Shown one piece after another: positions 36,801-49,891 of a stretch of 64,000 bases of DNA. Location of the stretch: assembly GCF_031769215.1 (NCBI RefSeq), contig NW_026782322.1, positions 1 through 64,000 on the forward strand, given 5' to 3'. The translations under genes were made by a program, and so were the position numbers. The notes below the pieces were generated by a model. The model did not search any database and was not told the origin of the DNA. It saw only the letters and a program-made list of their open reading frames with translations. Each line of letters begins with the position of its first letter. The first letter of the stretch is position 1. Source of the stretch: Ylistrum balloti (Eukaryota).

Positions 36801-39800
36801 GAGCTGTCCAGGTTCAATGGTTACATCAATATTGCATGCTAGGGCTTCACGTTAAATATGTCAAGTTTAAGAAATTTTATCAGGCAATGCCCTATTACTA
36901 TCTATTCAATCTCAACAATGAAGGACTATGACTAATATGTATGATAGGATAAGATTCCTTACATATACAGAGTAGTCGTACATCTCCGACTGACACACTA
37001 AGCCCCTCACTCCCAAGAGGCCGTTGATTGCTCCTCCAAAAAAGAAGATGGCAATCCCCGCAGTGAATGAAAACACATATTTGGCAGATTTATATCCATA
37101 TCTGAAAAATAATTAAATTTCATCAAAAGCTTCAGCTTCATATCTCCACTACTACAGATTCTGATCAGTGTAAAACTTAAAAACTTTGCCTCAGGTGATC
37201 TATATATCACCTAATCTAACTTGAGAAATGTAAAAAGTCCTGGCCAATTAGAGGCAGTGAAGAAGTTCAAGGGTAGAAAACAAAAATCTCTATCCTCAAT
37301 GGAGATTTCTGTCTGTTCAACATTTGGCTTTGGGACAAAGAAATCTTGTTACTTATAGAAGATTCTTGACTGTCTAACCCTTGGCTATAGGAAAGAGAAA
37401 TCTCTAAAACCGCAAAAGATTCCTGTCCATCTAACCCATAACTTTAAGGATATCTCTGTCCTACCTCAGAGTAAATGTTAATTTGCATAGGAAGCCAGGA
37501 TAGGGTGTGTAACACTCATCTGGCAAATTTGATTCCTTTTCACCTAAGAATGCTACAGACCAAATTTGGTCAAAATCCAATCATTCCTACGGGAGGAGTA
37601 GGATTTTCCTAACTTTACTCTAATTCCCCTATTGACCCGTGCCCTTGAGGGCAGAGACCCATTACCGGTATTCATACATTTGTTCCACTTCCCCCATGGA
37701 TGCATCTGGTGAAATTTGGTCAAAATCCTGTCAGTTTTTTATGTCTTGTAGAAATTTAAAGAAAAAAAGTTGACATACATATGGACAACAGATGCTGTGG
37801 TATGCCATAAGCTCTCTTGGTCCTTTGACAGTGAACTCAAAAGGTTGTTCCAGTTCATGCATGGATGTTATGGGTAAGCTGATAATTCTTTTCCACATAG
37901 ATAGAGATATCTCTACCCTGACTGTCCAGTGGGGTAGATAATTTTGCTTTGAATATGACTTGTTTTTTTAAGACAACAAGAGGATTCATTTACATGAAAT
38001 TGATGCATGAAATATGATTGGTCAATTCTGAGAAATTTGCATATGTAAAAGCTTTCATAAAGACCATTAATTGATGCTCTAACACGACACAAGAATCCTT
38101 AGAAGGAATTAAAATTCATGGCAAAATAACAACCTAATCCACCAAAAATAACAAAAATCACAATGAATTTTGAAAAAAAGGTTGCTATTTTTTTTTTTAA
38201 TTCGACTTTAGGGAATGTAATGAAACTGAAAAAGCTGGTATCTAATAAATAAAGATAATAAAGAAACGTAAAAAATAAGACTTCTGGTAAAACCGCATCA
38301 ATTTACCTATCAAAATACTAGAGTATCAGTGAAACTGATGAATGCTCCCCAAAAACAACTTTTATCAGACACAAAATTTAAAAAAAGGGCATTAATTCTG
38401 TAATTAGGGGTTACCAGGCCCTGAATTTGGTATACTGCACATTCACTTAGAACGAATAATGTATACACTAAGTTTCATTATCCTAGTTTAAATGCAAGCA
38501 AAGTTCTGTTCTGGACAAGATATTTTTCACAATATTCTTCGTATGATCAATGTATTCACCAAGTTTCATTATCTTTGTTTAAACTTAAGCAATCTAAAGT
38601 TGTGCATCAAAAAAAATTCACAAATGACAATAACTATGTATTTAAGGGGTTTTGGGCCTGAATTTGGTACGATGCACATCATTTTAGTACGATCAATGTA
38701 TACAGTTGCTACAGGCAAGAATTTTTTAACAATGGGCAATAACTCGGTAACTGGTATACTGCACATTGCCTTAGTATGACCAATCTGTACACCAAGTTTC
38801 ATGATGGGCAAAGTTATGCTCTGGACACAAAAGGACAGACAGAAAGACGGTGAACGTAAGTCGAAAATGTCAAAAGTTTATGACACACGACAGATGCCCA
38901 CGGATGTCAGAAAAAAGAGCTTTTTCACAGGTGACCTAAAAAGAGAAAAAATTGAAGGATACTTACGGATGGTCTACATCAGGAGCCTTATTAGAACTGT
39001 ATAATCCAAATAACATGAAGACCTGAATAACATGTACAGAAACAATGATTATAAAATCTTTGAATTTTAAGTGATAAGAAAATATAATTTTTAACCAATA
39101 AGCTAATGTTGTATCCCCTTTTGTAATCTTTCAATATGTTATTGCAGCACCCATAAATGTATTTGAGCATACAAGTGTATGACTACCATTCTAATACTGT
39201 GAAATCATTAATTTTCTTGGAAGATTTATTTTCGCCGATTTTTTGGGTGCTCTTACTCAATGATGTCATTTACAAAGTTATATTTATCAACAAAATCAAA
39301 TATTCATGAAAAAAAGTAATTTTTCGAAAACTACAACTGAACCCCACCACAATATATGATTTTACAGTATGGAACAGATAAATTAGTACTCCATGGAGAT
39401 ATAAAACATAAAATATCCTACAGCAGAGTTCTTAAAAATATTTTCCAGATAAACAAGTAAAATAAAACAGTGGTACATGCCCTCTAAGGACCTAACTTCT
39501 GATTCTCTGCAGAATTAAAAATGTTAAAAATGCCTTGTAAACAGCCAGGGGTATATCGAGATGGAATTTCCTTGTAGTAGCTGATGGTTACCTCAATGAA
39601 CAACATATGGGAGGCCCACTGCATGCCATTCTGAGCAATTGGGTTAAGTGTCTTGCTAAATGACACGATCACATCAGCACAGAGAAAGAAAAACACACCC
39701 TGACAGGTAGCTAGTGTCAACCCACTTACCTCTGATCTTAACCTCAAGTTTCAAATTGCTAGGCCATCCCCCTTACCCACTAATTCATTGTGGCCTCCTT

Positions 39801-42800
39801 ATTAAGGGAGGGAACTCTTTATTTACTGCTGATCAACGGTATCAGGGATTACCTATATGTACCTACCTGATTGATAGCGTCTATTAAGGAGTGAATCATT
39901 TCAGCGAACATACTAAATGATCCTGTACGATACCAAGCATGGCATTTAAATGCAGCACTCGTCAGATTACTGAAAACAGACATAGCAAATTAAATATGGG
40001 CAGTGTAACATCTGTAATGCTTGCAGCTAACATCATTCCAGATACATACATGTATATTTCTTTAGTGCATTTATATTCTACTAATATATTACTGTACATA
40101 TTGAAATTTTGAGGGTTTTTATATTTTCTGTGCCTTCAAAGATGGAAATCAAATCTTGTTGAGAAAATTGTGGTAAAGACTTTCTTAAAAATCATATTTG
40201 AAAAGTTATTAAGTTTTGAAATTGTTACTATCATGTTTAATCATATCAAATTGATAACACCATCTTGATTTTTATGAAAATCAGCTTTAATTTTGAATAG
40301 AATCAATGATAACTTTCTTCATTTTTTGTAGAATATAAGTTCTTCTATAACCAGCCTGAAGAAAAATTTTTGTAACTTTGCTTTTTATGTTCCATAAAGC
40401 AATGTCAGTTCAAATACTCTCGTTTGGAGGTAGAGTGGATGTTATGATTAATAGATGATTAAGTTCACCTTACACAGCTAACACTTGTTATCATTTTGTA
40501 TATCTTAAAATCAACAAAAGAGATTCCACAGGGATCGTGGTGCCTGCCATTGTACGATTGTTATTAGTCATCGTTATCGTTTGGATCTCCTTATACCCAT
40601 GGATCAAAAGATCAGGGGCGCATTGTTTGTGTACTATCTGTTGTCAACTTTAACTTTGCCCGTAACTTTTGACCATGTGACCTTGACCATGTGACCTTGA
40701 CCATGATCTTTAACCTATATATGAACAATTCTAACATAGGCCATCGCTATAGCATCTTACGAGGTATCGCTTTCATATTTGTCCCACCTCAGAATTTTGT
40801 TGCAACAGGGGGCATAGTGTTTCATAAACATATCTTGTTCCTGAATGGTTTTAAAATCAAATACCTAGATCTAGGGATCATGCCGAACTTCTATATGAAT
40901 TCAAACAGAATAGCTTTAACAAACTATAACAGTCGAGAGTTATCCATCCAGGACTTATTAAGACACAGCAGTAACAAGAATTGTTTCAGGAAGTATGGAT
41001 GAAGGAGGATACATCATAGACAATGGGGGATCTGAACAGGTTACCTTGGCTAAAAAGATAAAAGGAATACATACGCAGCAATGGCTGATAACACCACTTT
41101 ACCAGATGCTGACTTTAATGTCTGGAACGTTAGGTTAATATTAGACTGTGTCTGAAATAAAAACATAATTCAATTAAAGTGCATTTGGATTCTTCCATTC
41201 AATAATTCTGATTTTACTACTCTAGAAAAATTTATTAAGACTCTCAATATTTTCCCTTCTTTCATATAATGATTTTCAGTGAGATGTTTTACTGTAGGAA
41301 AACATTTCATTCAGAATTGGGGTAAATCTAACTTATCAATCTTCAGGTGGTTGTTATATTCAGATCCTATCATGAATGGAGTAAATATCCACGATTCTTA
41401 CCTTTTCCTCAGAAACATCCTCCCTTTCATAACCTAAAGGAGAGCAAAATCACATTACAATGTATATTTGTACAGTTTATATTTCAAAACAAAGATCAAA
41501 TTTGACCTTTTAAATGGCTTAAGTAAAGTAGCAACGCTGTTCAGTTCAGCACCTTAATGTTCAAATAATATTTCTGCTCAATGGCACCAGTGGAACGTAA
41601 GAAAAAGTTTGACATTTGTTTTTAAGTATGCAGCTATGATGGCCCTATTGGATTTTGGACCAAACCAAAAAATATCAATATCAGGTCAGGACAATCTATC
41701 AATCATTTCAAGCAAGTTTCAGCTCAATCCCACTGATGGAATTTGAGATGTTTAAAATATAAAAAGTTTTCCCACTGTGCATGACAATGGACAAGCACAA
41801 CAACATGAGGACTTTTCCCATTAAATCCACCAATGTCTATATTGATGTTGATATTTACTATAAACACTGCGCCGCTTACGCTGCTTTAACATCTTATCCA
41901 TGCTTCCAAACACTTCCACTGTCCTACAATAAAACAAATAAATTGTGTTAATGATATTCAATGTCACAATTCCGCAACAAGGTATTAAGTATTTCAGAGA
42001 GGGGGAGAAAAAAGAGGTCCACTGGCCTTCCCAGTCACATGACTACAAAGATCTATAAATGATATAGAAGTATTAGTGGCAGTTAAAACAAATATTAAAT
42101 GATTACAACAATTCTGAGTTTTAAGCGATGAAAGTCAGAAAAACATCACTTTTTGTTTTCATTTCAATTCTTCAAGATTTTAGATAAATGACAAAGTGGA
42201 ACTAACTAAGCTAAAAATGTGTTTTTCAAGATAGTAGCTATGAAGCCATATTGGATTTTAAGCCAACTTGAAGAATAACAACACTTGGTCAGGACCATCT
42301 CAGGATCATTACTGGCAAGTCTGAGCTGAATGCTCTCAGATGGAATTTGAGAAATTGAAAACAGGTGTTGTTTAGGAAAAATCAAAATTGTGCTACCAGG
42401 CAATAATGCGTGCCATAGCCACCATGATCCAAATAGCAATTTGAGAAATTACTTAATTACAGAACAGATTAAAAGTAAGAAGGGTATCAGAATGTATACA
42501 AACACTTACTTTTCACGTATATCTGACACAGCGTACATCTTGACATATTTCTTGTCTGTATTATAGTATGCATTCCTTTTCTTTATTGATCTAAGATTTT
42601 TCAAATGTCTGTAATAAAGAAAATCCACTTTTTAAAAAACCTGCAATTCAGGTCACAGTTAAAAACAAAAAATGATTCATAAATGTATCTTTTTACAAAA
42701 CTGGAATATTGACAAAATAATTTGCAAGAGCTGAACTGAGAGTCAAGTCATTTATTGTCTATGACTCTAGATGTTTTTTTTTCGAGACAGTGATTAAACA

Positions 42801-45800
42801 TCCAAATTATCTATATTTTAAATCCAGTACTTCTCAAGAAATAGCGATGACAAAGTGAACACATCTAGGGACCAAGGAGAACCTATATTTGAAATTTCAT
42901 AACGATCCATCAGGTACTTCTCAAAGAGATTTGAAATTTAAGAAAATTTACTGAATTAAGGGGCTAGAGCAAGTCCCCTAGATTTTGACATTTCTTTCGA
43001 TCACTTTGGATTTTCTCCAGTCGCCTCCTCAGTTTAGACCCTTTGCATCACTGATGAGTCCCAGTCACAAGAAACAGCTGTACAATGCAGTTTAATTCAT
43101 TGTTTGGCTATACTGTATGTTATTTAAATTTGTTTTAAAAGGTGCTATTTACTTGTGTCTTATGTACTACCTTAGAAATATCTTGCACCATTCTCTTAAT
43201 TCATACATCTTTGAGTGGAGATGATAAATTTGGAAAGATGAAAGAGTAGAATCTGTAATTCCATCAGACTTCAGCAATTTATTTTCTGTTTGATGGAATG
43301 ACAACGGAAACTATCTGACTGAGTACAGTGTATATATCACCTTTAAAAGGTCTTTATTATCATCAAGCAATACTATATAGTAATCAAACAAGTGAAAAGA
43401 CAAGTAATCCTGTGGGGATCTTGGCTTGCAACACTGTGTGATCATCTTTATAAGCTGGATCCTTTCCTTTCAACTATCAACATCCCTGATTAAAACAATT
43501 ATATTTCAGGTAAAAAAAATACACAATTCAGTCCCCCCTACCCCCACCAAATTTTCAGAACAATCCGAAAAAATAACACACTTGGTCAGGATCATCTAAA
43601 GACCATTTCAGCCAAGTTTCAGCTCTATCCAATAGGAGAGTTTTAAACATGTCTCGCTGATGGAAACCATGATTGTGCAATCATGTTACAAATTAGCTGT
43701 GATATTTAACATTTTACAAGGCTGAAAAATTTATTGCCTTACTTTCCTTAACATCCCCAACCAATTTTCAGCTAAATGGCACCAGTGAAGCAGAGATTTA
43801 ATTTGTGAAAAATCTATGGCGGATGGCCATAGGTCATCTTGACTACAGGTCAGTAAACCTGACAATGGAAACCTACATATATATTAAAATACCCATCACA
43901 GCATAACTGAAAGGACTCAGAATTTGGTTTTTGAATAAATAGAGATCATAAAAAATTTATACAATCAAAATCAAAGATGGCCATCTGTCAGACCATGGAC
44001 ACAGGTCTACCTGAATAGTCAACAAACATTTAAAACTGCAATTGCTGTGAATGTACCATACTTCAATCTTGAGCAGTTTATGCTCCCATACAAGAATACT
44101 TCAAAGCTACATGTACATATCTTTAAACAATATTGTGAGCAGTCTGAGGGACTTCTGGGATTTCAGTAGCTGCCAAAAGTACACAGGTGCTTAAATAACA
44201 CAGATTTTTACAACATACGTAAATACAGAAGATCTGAGAACAGGTGGTCATCTCACTAGCTTTGGCAACTGGGAGTGAAAGTCTGGAGACAGAAAGGTTG
44301 ATGGTTCAAATCCAATAGATGGAAGGACATTTTTTCATTACTCTGTCCCATTACAAATTTGGTGCCATTGACAACTCTAAGGGTAGAAAATATAGGAGAT
44401 TGAGATGCTTCCTTGGCAATATCGTACTAAGGTTGTTGTTGTCTTTGGGACTGAAGACTTTGTGAAGGAAAGATGAGTGTTAAATTTGAATGTACAGGTT
44501 GCCTTACTAACTTTGGCTGTAGCAGTAGAGTGTTTTGCTGGAGACCAGAAGGTTACTTCTGTTTGCGAAACAAGTTATTTCAACTTATACTAATCTACCT
44601 TGGTAGAAGAAAGTATTTTCTAAGAGCATGTTCTTCTTCTATCAATTTTTCATTCTCTTCAAACAGCATTGTATCTGTAAAAAATGTAGAATTGCTTACA
44701 TTAGTATTCAACTTCCCCTTTTAATAATATTATTTAACAAGGACAATCAACATAAACAGCCTTTTTTGTATGTAAAAATAAAAAATCACTGACTATGTAC
44801 GTAATAATAAAGACTTAGTATAACTGTGTTAAATACATGATAGAAATGTTATAAGGAAATGATGTACAGTGTTTTTACATACCATAGTCTGTTTCATAAT
44901 ATTGCCTTTTTTAAAACAGCTTCATTAAACATGTCCACATCACAATATCACAAAGGGATATACTTAAGTCCTTACATAATTCACCATATCAACAAACATA
45001 CAAAATACAGTTTAATTTGTTGAATTTTTTTATAGATCTAGCTAGATTGACTTACTCAAACATATGCTGTACTATGATTGAACCACAACTGGTTTACTTT
45101 TCAATAGCCGTACAGTGTGAAATATTTGTGTACATTTTAAAATTGATGATAAATATGCTGAACAATGAAATTCCAACCGCAGCAGAAATTATAAGTGAAC
45201 AGCACACAGACCTGTGTATTTAACCATTAATTTGCATAAAATCTATGATCCAGTCAGTGATGAGTTTCGGATTGCCCATTGAGCTATATTAGGACAATCT
45301 AATTTTATATTGGAAGGAGGTATTTTCATCGAACCTTAGGAAAGATATTTAAATGCTCACAATAGTTTAAGATTTTTAAAAACATGGCAAAAAAAGGTGC
45401 TAGAAATTAGCCAACTTGTGCAGCATATCTCTTTATGAGATGAGTTAATTGTACAAGTTTTATGAACACGTTTGTATCTGTACACAGTACCTTTCCTTTT
45501 AGGAAAGACGGGCCATGTAAACCTCTCATCGTTTAAATTTAAGGGCTCTCCTTTGGCATTGGTTATTCTTAGCGTTCCATCTTCCATGCACTTTTTGAGT
45601 TGATGATGTAAGGGTAAACCTTCTTTGTAATCAAAAGAAACTAGTAGTTTTCCATCTGCAACAAAAGTACATAGAAACATAGCAAGACAAGGACAAATTT
45701 CACAAAATATGGAATTTTCTCCCACCACACTACAACACATAGCCTGAGGAAAAAAACCCTCCTGGCCAGAGCACAATTGATGACTTTTTTTATAATACTA

Positions 45801-48209
45801 AAGCCGTAGTGCAGAAAAAACTCATTAACAAAGACAAGGATGTGATTTAACAACATTTTTAGAGGTTATTCAACGAAGTCTGTTTGACGTTTAAAATACA
45901 TAAAAGACAATTTCTTTGAATATTTTACAAAATAGAATTCTTTGAGCACACACTCCCAGTTCATATATACTTAATTAATTCTTTACATGTTCATGTATCA
46001 TATACCAATGATATTCTTACCACTATCATTTCCATCTGTAGTTGACGTGCTTGCTCCGACCAACGGTTGCTCCATTTTGTACTCTGTTTTGGATTCAGTG
46101 TTATTTGCACCATTTCTGGAGGGACCATCTGTTTGCCATCGTATGGGACTGCTAACAATTCTAGGAAGTCCATTCTTTAACTTTCGTGGATAACAGGATG
46201 TTATATAGATATAACGCTTAATTAAGCACTCTTTACATACTGTGGAGAAATCAATGAAAAAAGATAGTTTAAAATATTGGAGATTTAAGACTGACAAGAA
46301 ATAAAATACAAAATATAAGCAATATGGATACAAATTTACAAAATGTCACATAAAAAGCATGAAATAAGTAAAAATATGAGTAACCATAACCACTTTCTTT
46401 CTATTTTTCTTTTAGTTTTAATATGGAAACAAACTTTACAGAAATCCCTAAAAGTTTGGTTCATTATTTGGTGTTTTCTAGAATGTACTAAAACAACGTC
46501 TATCTGCACTTTTACATCCCAGTAGTCACCTGTTTTGACAGTTCATAATTATATAATAGTTTATCTAATCAGATAAAAATCTTATAATTACTGTTTATGC
46601 AACTTGAGTAACTTGGTTTCGACTCCAGTCAATATTTACTTAAGAACACACTTGTTATAAACTTTAATCCATTAATTTTTTTCTGATATATACAGCTGTG
46701 AGGAAGGTTCTAAATAATCACACATCAGAGCCTTGAGGCTATAAAATGAAAGCATAACTAACCATAGAATGCAGATACAATGTAGTAGATTAAAAAAAAA
46801 AAAGAGAGAGATATCAAAGAAGGATGTTGTTATCATTTAGCCCCCCATCAATGTTTGATATTTATTTTTTCTTGAAAAATTGGATATCTTCCCTTCTTTT
46901 TTCTTTTGCTCTTAGTTAAATGAAATTTGAAAATTCCTGTCAGGAAAAAAACATAAATGATCTTTCACTGCCAAATCCAAATTGACAACTAGCCAGCCGT
47001 TTTGTTTTCTGATCAATCCCAAAAATTGAAAGGGTGCAACTTGGACCAAAGGAAACCTACATACAAATTTGAGACATATTAATCCATTACTTCTAAAAAG
47101 AATTGTGATAAAAAACTTTCATTATCAAAATCCAGTGTAGCTACCTGTCATCCATTGTTTTCTTCTGGCCAGTCCCAAAATCAAAAGGGCAGGACTACTG
47201 ACCAAAGGGAGTCTACACATCAAGTTTCAGAAACATCTTTATATTACTTCTCAAAAGATACATTGTTGCAACAACAAACTTCAACTGTCAAAATCCAAGA
47301 TGGCCACCATTATGGCTAAGCCATTTTTAACTGATAATCCATTTTCTTTTACTGATCAGACTCAAAATTGGATGAGCATAACTAGGAACCAAAGGGAACC
47401 TGTGTATGAAGTTGAAAAAAATCCAAATAGATATGTCCCCCTTCTCAAGGACAGTGATAACCTGGATTGTTTATTGTTTACAGCTAGATGCATGACAGAC
47501 CACGCTGTAAGGTAATTTTGTATACCCCACAATCATCAGATGGTGTTCTAATAAAAGTTACCTTTGTAATTCTGAGATGATATTCCCAGCAGTGGGCAGA
47601 CAACACCCAGTCCTTTAGAGGAGTTCAATCGAACTGGCAACATCGTCTCAGCTTACTTAAAATAAACAAAACAATATTATCACAAATTGATCATCATTAT
47701 ATCAATAAGTAATTTGCAATATAAACCTCGTTGTGTTTTCCATTCCCCATCATCCCTCAACGAATGGTGTCTTCAGTTAGTTCAAGGAAAGAAAATATAA
47801 AAAACAACAAAAAATGGTATTTTTAAGGCTTATGACTCGAGCACAACATGCTTTCTCTTTCGCGATCAACCTTGAATGTCAAGTAATGACTTTATTTGAA
47901 CTCGGTTTGGAATTCAAATAACGATTCTTTCATATATCGAATCATCTTATTTATTTTTCTTTTAGTTCTTGGGATACATATACCCTAAATAATCTGTCAC
48001 TGGGACTCGACTTTTTACTCAAAACACATTCAAATGTACTCAAATAAACAATTGGTGTCATTTGCTTTGCCAGATCGCATATCGACCAAAATAGCACTTA
48101 AACATCGATGATATAATACGATCACGAATAAATAAAGTTCTTAAACCAATTTGGTAATAATTGATTCTTATTTTGCGTAGGGTCTCTCACCTTTCAATGC
48201 AGCAGCCAT
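30803..48209 (-). CDS. SLC30A9: Zinc transporter 9 (ZnT9, CDF family, mitochondrial Zn2+ exporter), 18 coding exons, 540 aa
   Basis: Exons in transcript order: 48191-48209, 47562-47651, 46021-46239, 44599-44674, 42510-42608, 41880-41923, 41402-41433, 41075-41151, 39867-39969, 38967-39022, 36963-37101, 36128-36167, 35689-35766, 34735-34948, 33630-33692, 31581-31695, 31113-31226, 30803-30847; all GT-AG, phases consistent, 1623 nt. Motifs: SGKVVLSAIAAN, TGSFSMFAEMIHSLID (TM2 HxxxD), PDVDHPYGY, DPSITVVLLEDFAAVLG, VKAEIDFNGR, HPKVRHVDLESL*. The first three exons are supported by splice sites and phase only. Confidence 0.93.
32413..33582. repeat. 78-bp minisatellite, exactly 15 copies, in SLC30A9 intron 15
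   Basis: Unit AGAATTTCTGTGTTGAGCACTGGGCTCTATTGTAGGATAAATGTCGTATGTTTACACAATGTACATACAGCTTCTCCC; 1170 bp = 15 x 78; source of the 403-aa ORF 32422-33633. Confidence 0.97.
33760..34029. mobile_element. Degenerate TACTGT-ended MITE (related subfamily)
   Basis: Begins TACTGTGTAG and ends TTGAATTTACAATA, with internal TTTTTGTGG/TTCATGG..ATCCATGAAA motifs; the termini are imperfect. Confidence 0.45.
38330..38945. mobile_element. Non-autonomous element with tandem core repeats (Helentron-associated/pearl-like type)
   Basis: Repeated cores CTGAATTTGGTA...TGCACAT...TAG.ACGA.CAAT.T.TACAC.AAGTTTCAT, followed by a GACAGACAG-like microsatellite and a degenerate AGCT...CAGGTGACCTAAAA end. The family name is inferred from recalled mollusc repeat architecture. 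Confidence 0.5.
39195..39369. mobile_element. MITE of the TACTGT...ACAGTA family, copy 3
   Basis: TACTGTGAAATCAT...ATGATTTTACAGTA, 13/14 inverted match. Confidence 0.72.
39530..39797 (-). mobile_element. tRNA-headed SINE with a conserved central-domain-like motif
   Basis: Minus strand starts GAGGCCACAATG..TAGTGGGTAAGG (tRNA-like head) and contains GTGTCATTTAGCAAGACACTTAACCC, resembling the GTGTCCTTGGGCAAGACACTT core of widespread metazoan SINEs; two further partial copies occur in the window. Confidence 0.6.
43041..43090 (+). ncRNA. Degenerate minimal type I hammerhead ribozyme motif, probably inactive
   Basis: CTGATGA (43051-43057), GAAAC (43071-43075), palindromic AGCT stem III loop, GTA cleavage triplet (43080-43082), partial stem I (TTGCAT/ATGCAG). 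The 3' arm of stem II does not pair. Confidence 0.55.
44250..44485 (+). mobile_element. Degenerate tRNA-containing TRIM-like (Helenus-type) fragment
   Basis: Decayed A box (TAGCTTTGG), B box GGTTCAAATCC (44303-44313), LTR-like end TTACA (44351-44355), PBS-like TGGTGCC (from 44360), short internal region, purine tract GAAGGAAAGATGAG (44464-44477), then TGT. Confidence 0.5.
46965..47500. repeat. Three degenerate units of about 160 bp (bivalve satellite/Helentron-core-like)
   Basis: Recurrent CAAA(A)TCCA...CCCAAAA..AAAGGG...GACCAAAGG.A.CCTAC...AA.TTT.AGA...TTACTTCT motifs at about 155-170 bp spacing; similar cores are dispersed at 41680, 42270, 42850 and 43570. Confidence 0.55.
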
Positions 48210-48300
48210 ATATAAAGCAACTCCTGACCAACTTCCGGTACTGATGACAAGAACAGATAACTCTATCACGACAATTTATTCATGGCAGTTTCTTCTGCAT
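48191..48300. promoter_or_regulatory. Bidirectional promoter region SLC30A9 / HDAC12-type gene
   Basis: SLC30A9 ATG at 48209-48207 (-); ETS/GABP-type motif ACTTCCGG at 48231-48238; TATATAAA at 48209-48216; a likely first + strand exon ends at the donor at 48441 (CAG|GTAAAA). Confidence 0.6.
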
Positions 48301-49891
48301 CTGTCTAATTTGCAGGGTTGTATATGTCACAACAGTTGTGTAAAACATTCCAAAGACCTTTTTGAACCGACACAAGAGTATGCACTTCATCCATTTAATA
48401 GTTGATTAGATTTATCAATGAAACTATTTGTTAATCTCAGGTAAAACACTGCACACAAGTTAGCTGAAGTTATGAAACACTGATCTGCTAATATATACTG
48501 TACATATTGTAGTTAATCCAAGGGTAGTCTGAAGTATTCAGAATATCTGTTTGCTGAAACGGAAGATAGCCAGTGCTCTGCAGATTATACCTGCACAATA
48601 TAATGTACATACTCTCACATTATCTCGTTTATATTTTCTAAATCTCTTAAATCTGAGCTTCAGTTTTAAGCTGAAATTCACCATTTTGATTTGTCACATA
48701 ACAACTATTATATTTCAAACTTACTACTGTCCTGTTAAATGTAAAGATATGAGCCAAGAAACTGACATGTGAACATTTTCCGAACTTTTTATTTCGAATT
48801 GATTTGAAATTACTAACAAGTCAAGTATGATTTTCTATTTTTTAAGTTCAATCTTTCCAACAAGCGACCATGCTGTACTTGAAAACATCTTCTAGACTGA
48901 AAACATATGCAGTGTTGAGGAAAACAAAACAGATATGGAAAAAGTGGCTATCAACTTTAAATATTACAGATCAAAACAACTTGGATTACATACAAAAGGT
49001 ATAGAATTCATGTTGAAATTTGTATCTTAATTAAAATAAATTAGGAAAATTTAGACTGGTACAGTAGAATACATGTTGAAATATGTGTGAGTAATTATCG
49101 TAATAAAGAATGCCATACTCATACTGCATTTAAAAAACTATGATAGATAAGAATCACACATTATCCTAATCCTCTCTGTTTTAAAGCAGCATATTTGATC
49201 CTTGTGATGTTAAAGAAGAAAAACTTGACCTGTTGGACTTTGCAAGTATTAAGCCAAAGAAAAACAGTCAATGAAATGTTACTTCTCACATTTAAGCCAT
49301 GTGACTTTGAAAACAACATACCAGGTAGCTTTAATCCTTTGAAAAAACTCCCTTTTCTTCCTTTTATCCAAGTATGCTCCAGCTACAGTTTGAAGCGTGT
49401 TAGGGTAATTAACTAGCAGTTTGTAGCAGAAAGCCAATATTTGATCTTTTCACGAAAAAAAAAACAATGATTCGGAAACTTTTAAAAGATTTTAATACAT
49501 TTGTCAAATAAAACCTTTAAAATGTCACCCTAGCTGTCCTAATCACAATGTCAAATATTTTGACTCCAGGTAAGCTGGCTAGGAAAGGTGTTTGATATTG
49601 AAAAAGCATAAGACTACTGCCAAGGTCAGTTTTTAGCAAACTTGATATTTCAACGCCCACCCCAACTTAGTATGTGTTGGCCTAACCATGATAATGACTT
49701 TAAGCTTCTCGGTTGATGCAACAACACATGCTCAATTGAGCTTTGGGCTGGTGTGCTGAAAAATGAAATTTTTCACTAGGGACGTGTTAATCAATCTGTA
49801 CACTCTCACTACTGGAAAGTATGGACAAAATTTGAAATGTACATCATTTGTTTTAAAATATGTTTCAAATATTTTCTTTTACCGTTTCCAG

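Noticed and set aside
49763-49891. ATG 49763 as the HDAC start, reading continuously into the first conserved exon
   Set aside because: Not excluded, but 49870-49891 looks like a polypyrimidine tract plus CAG acceptor, so it is treated as intron pending RNA evidence.
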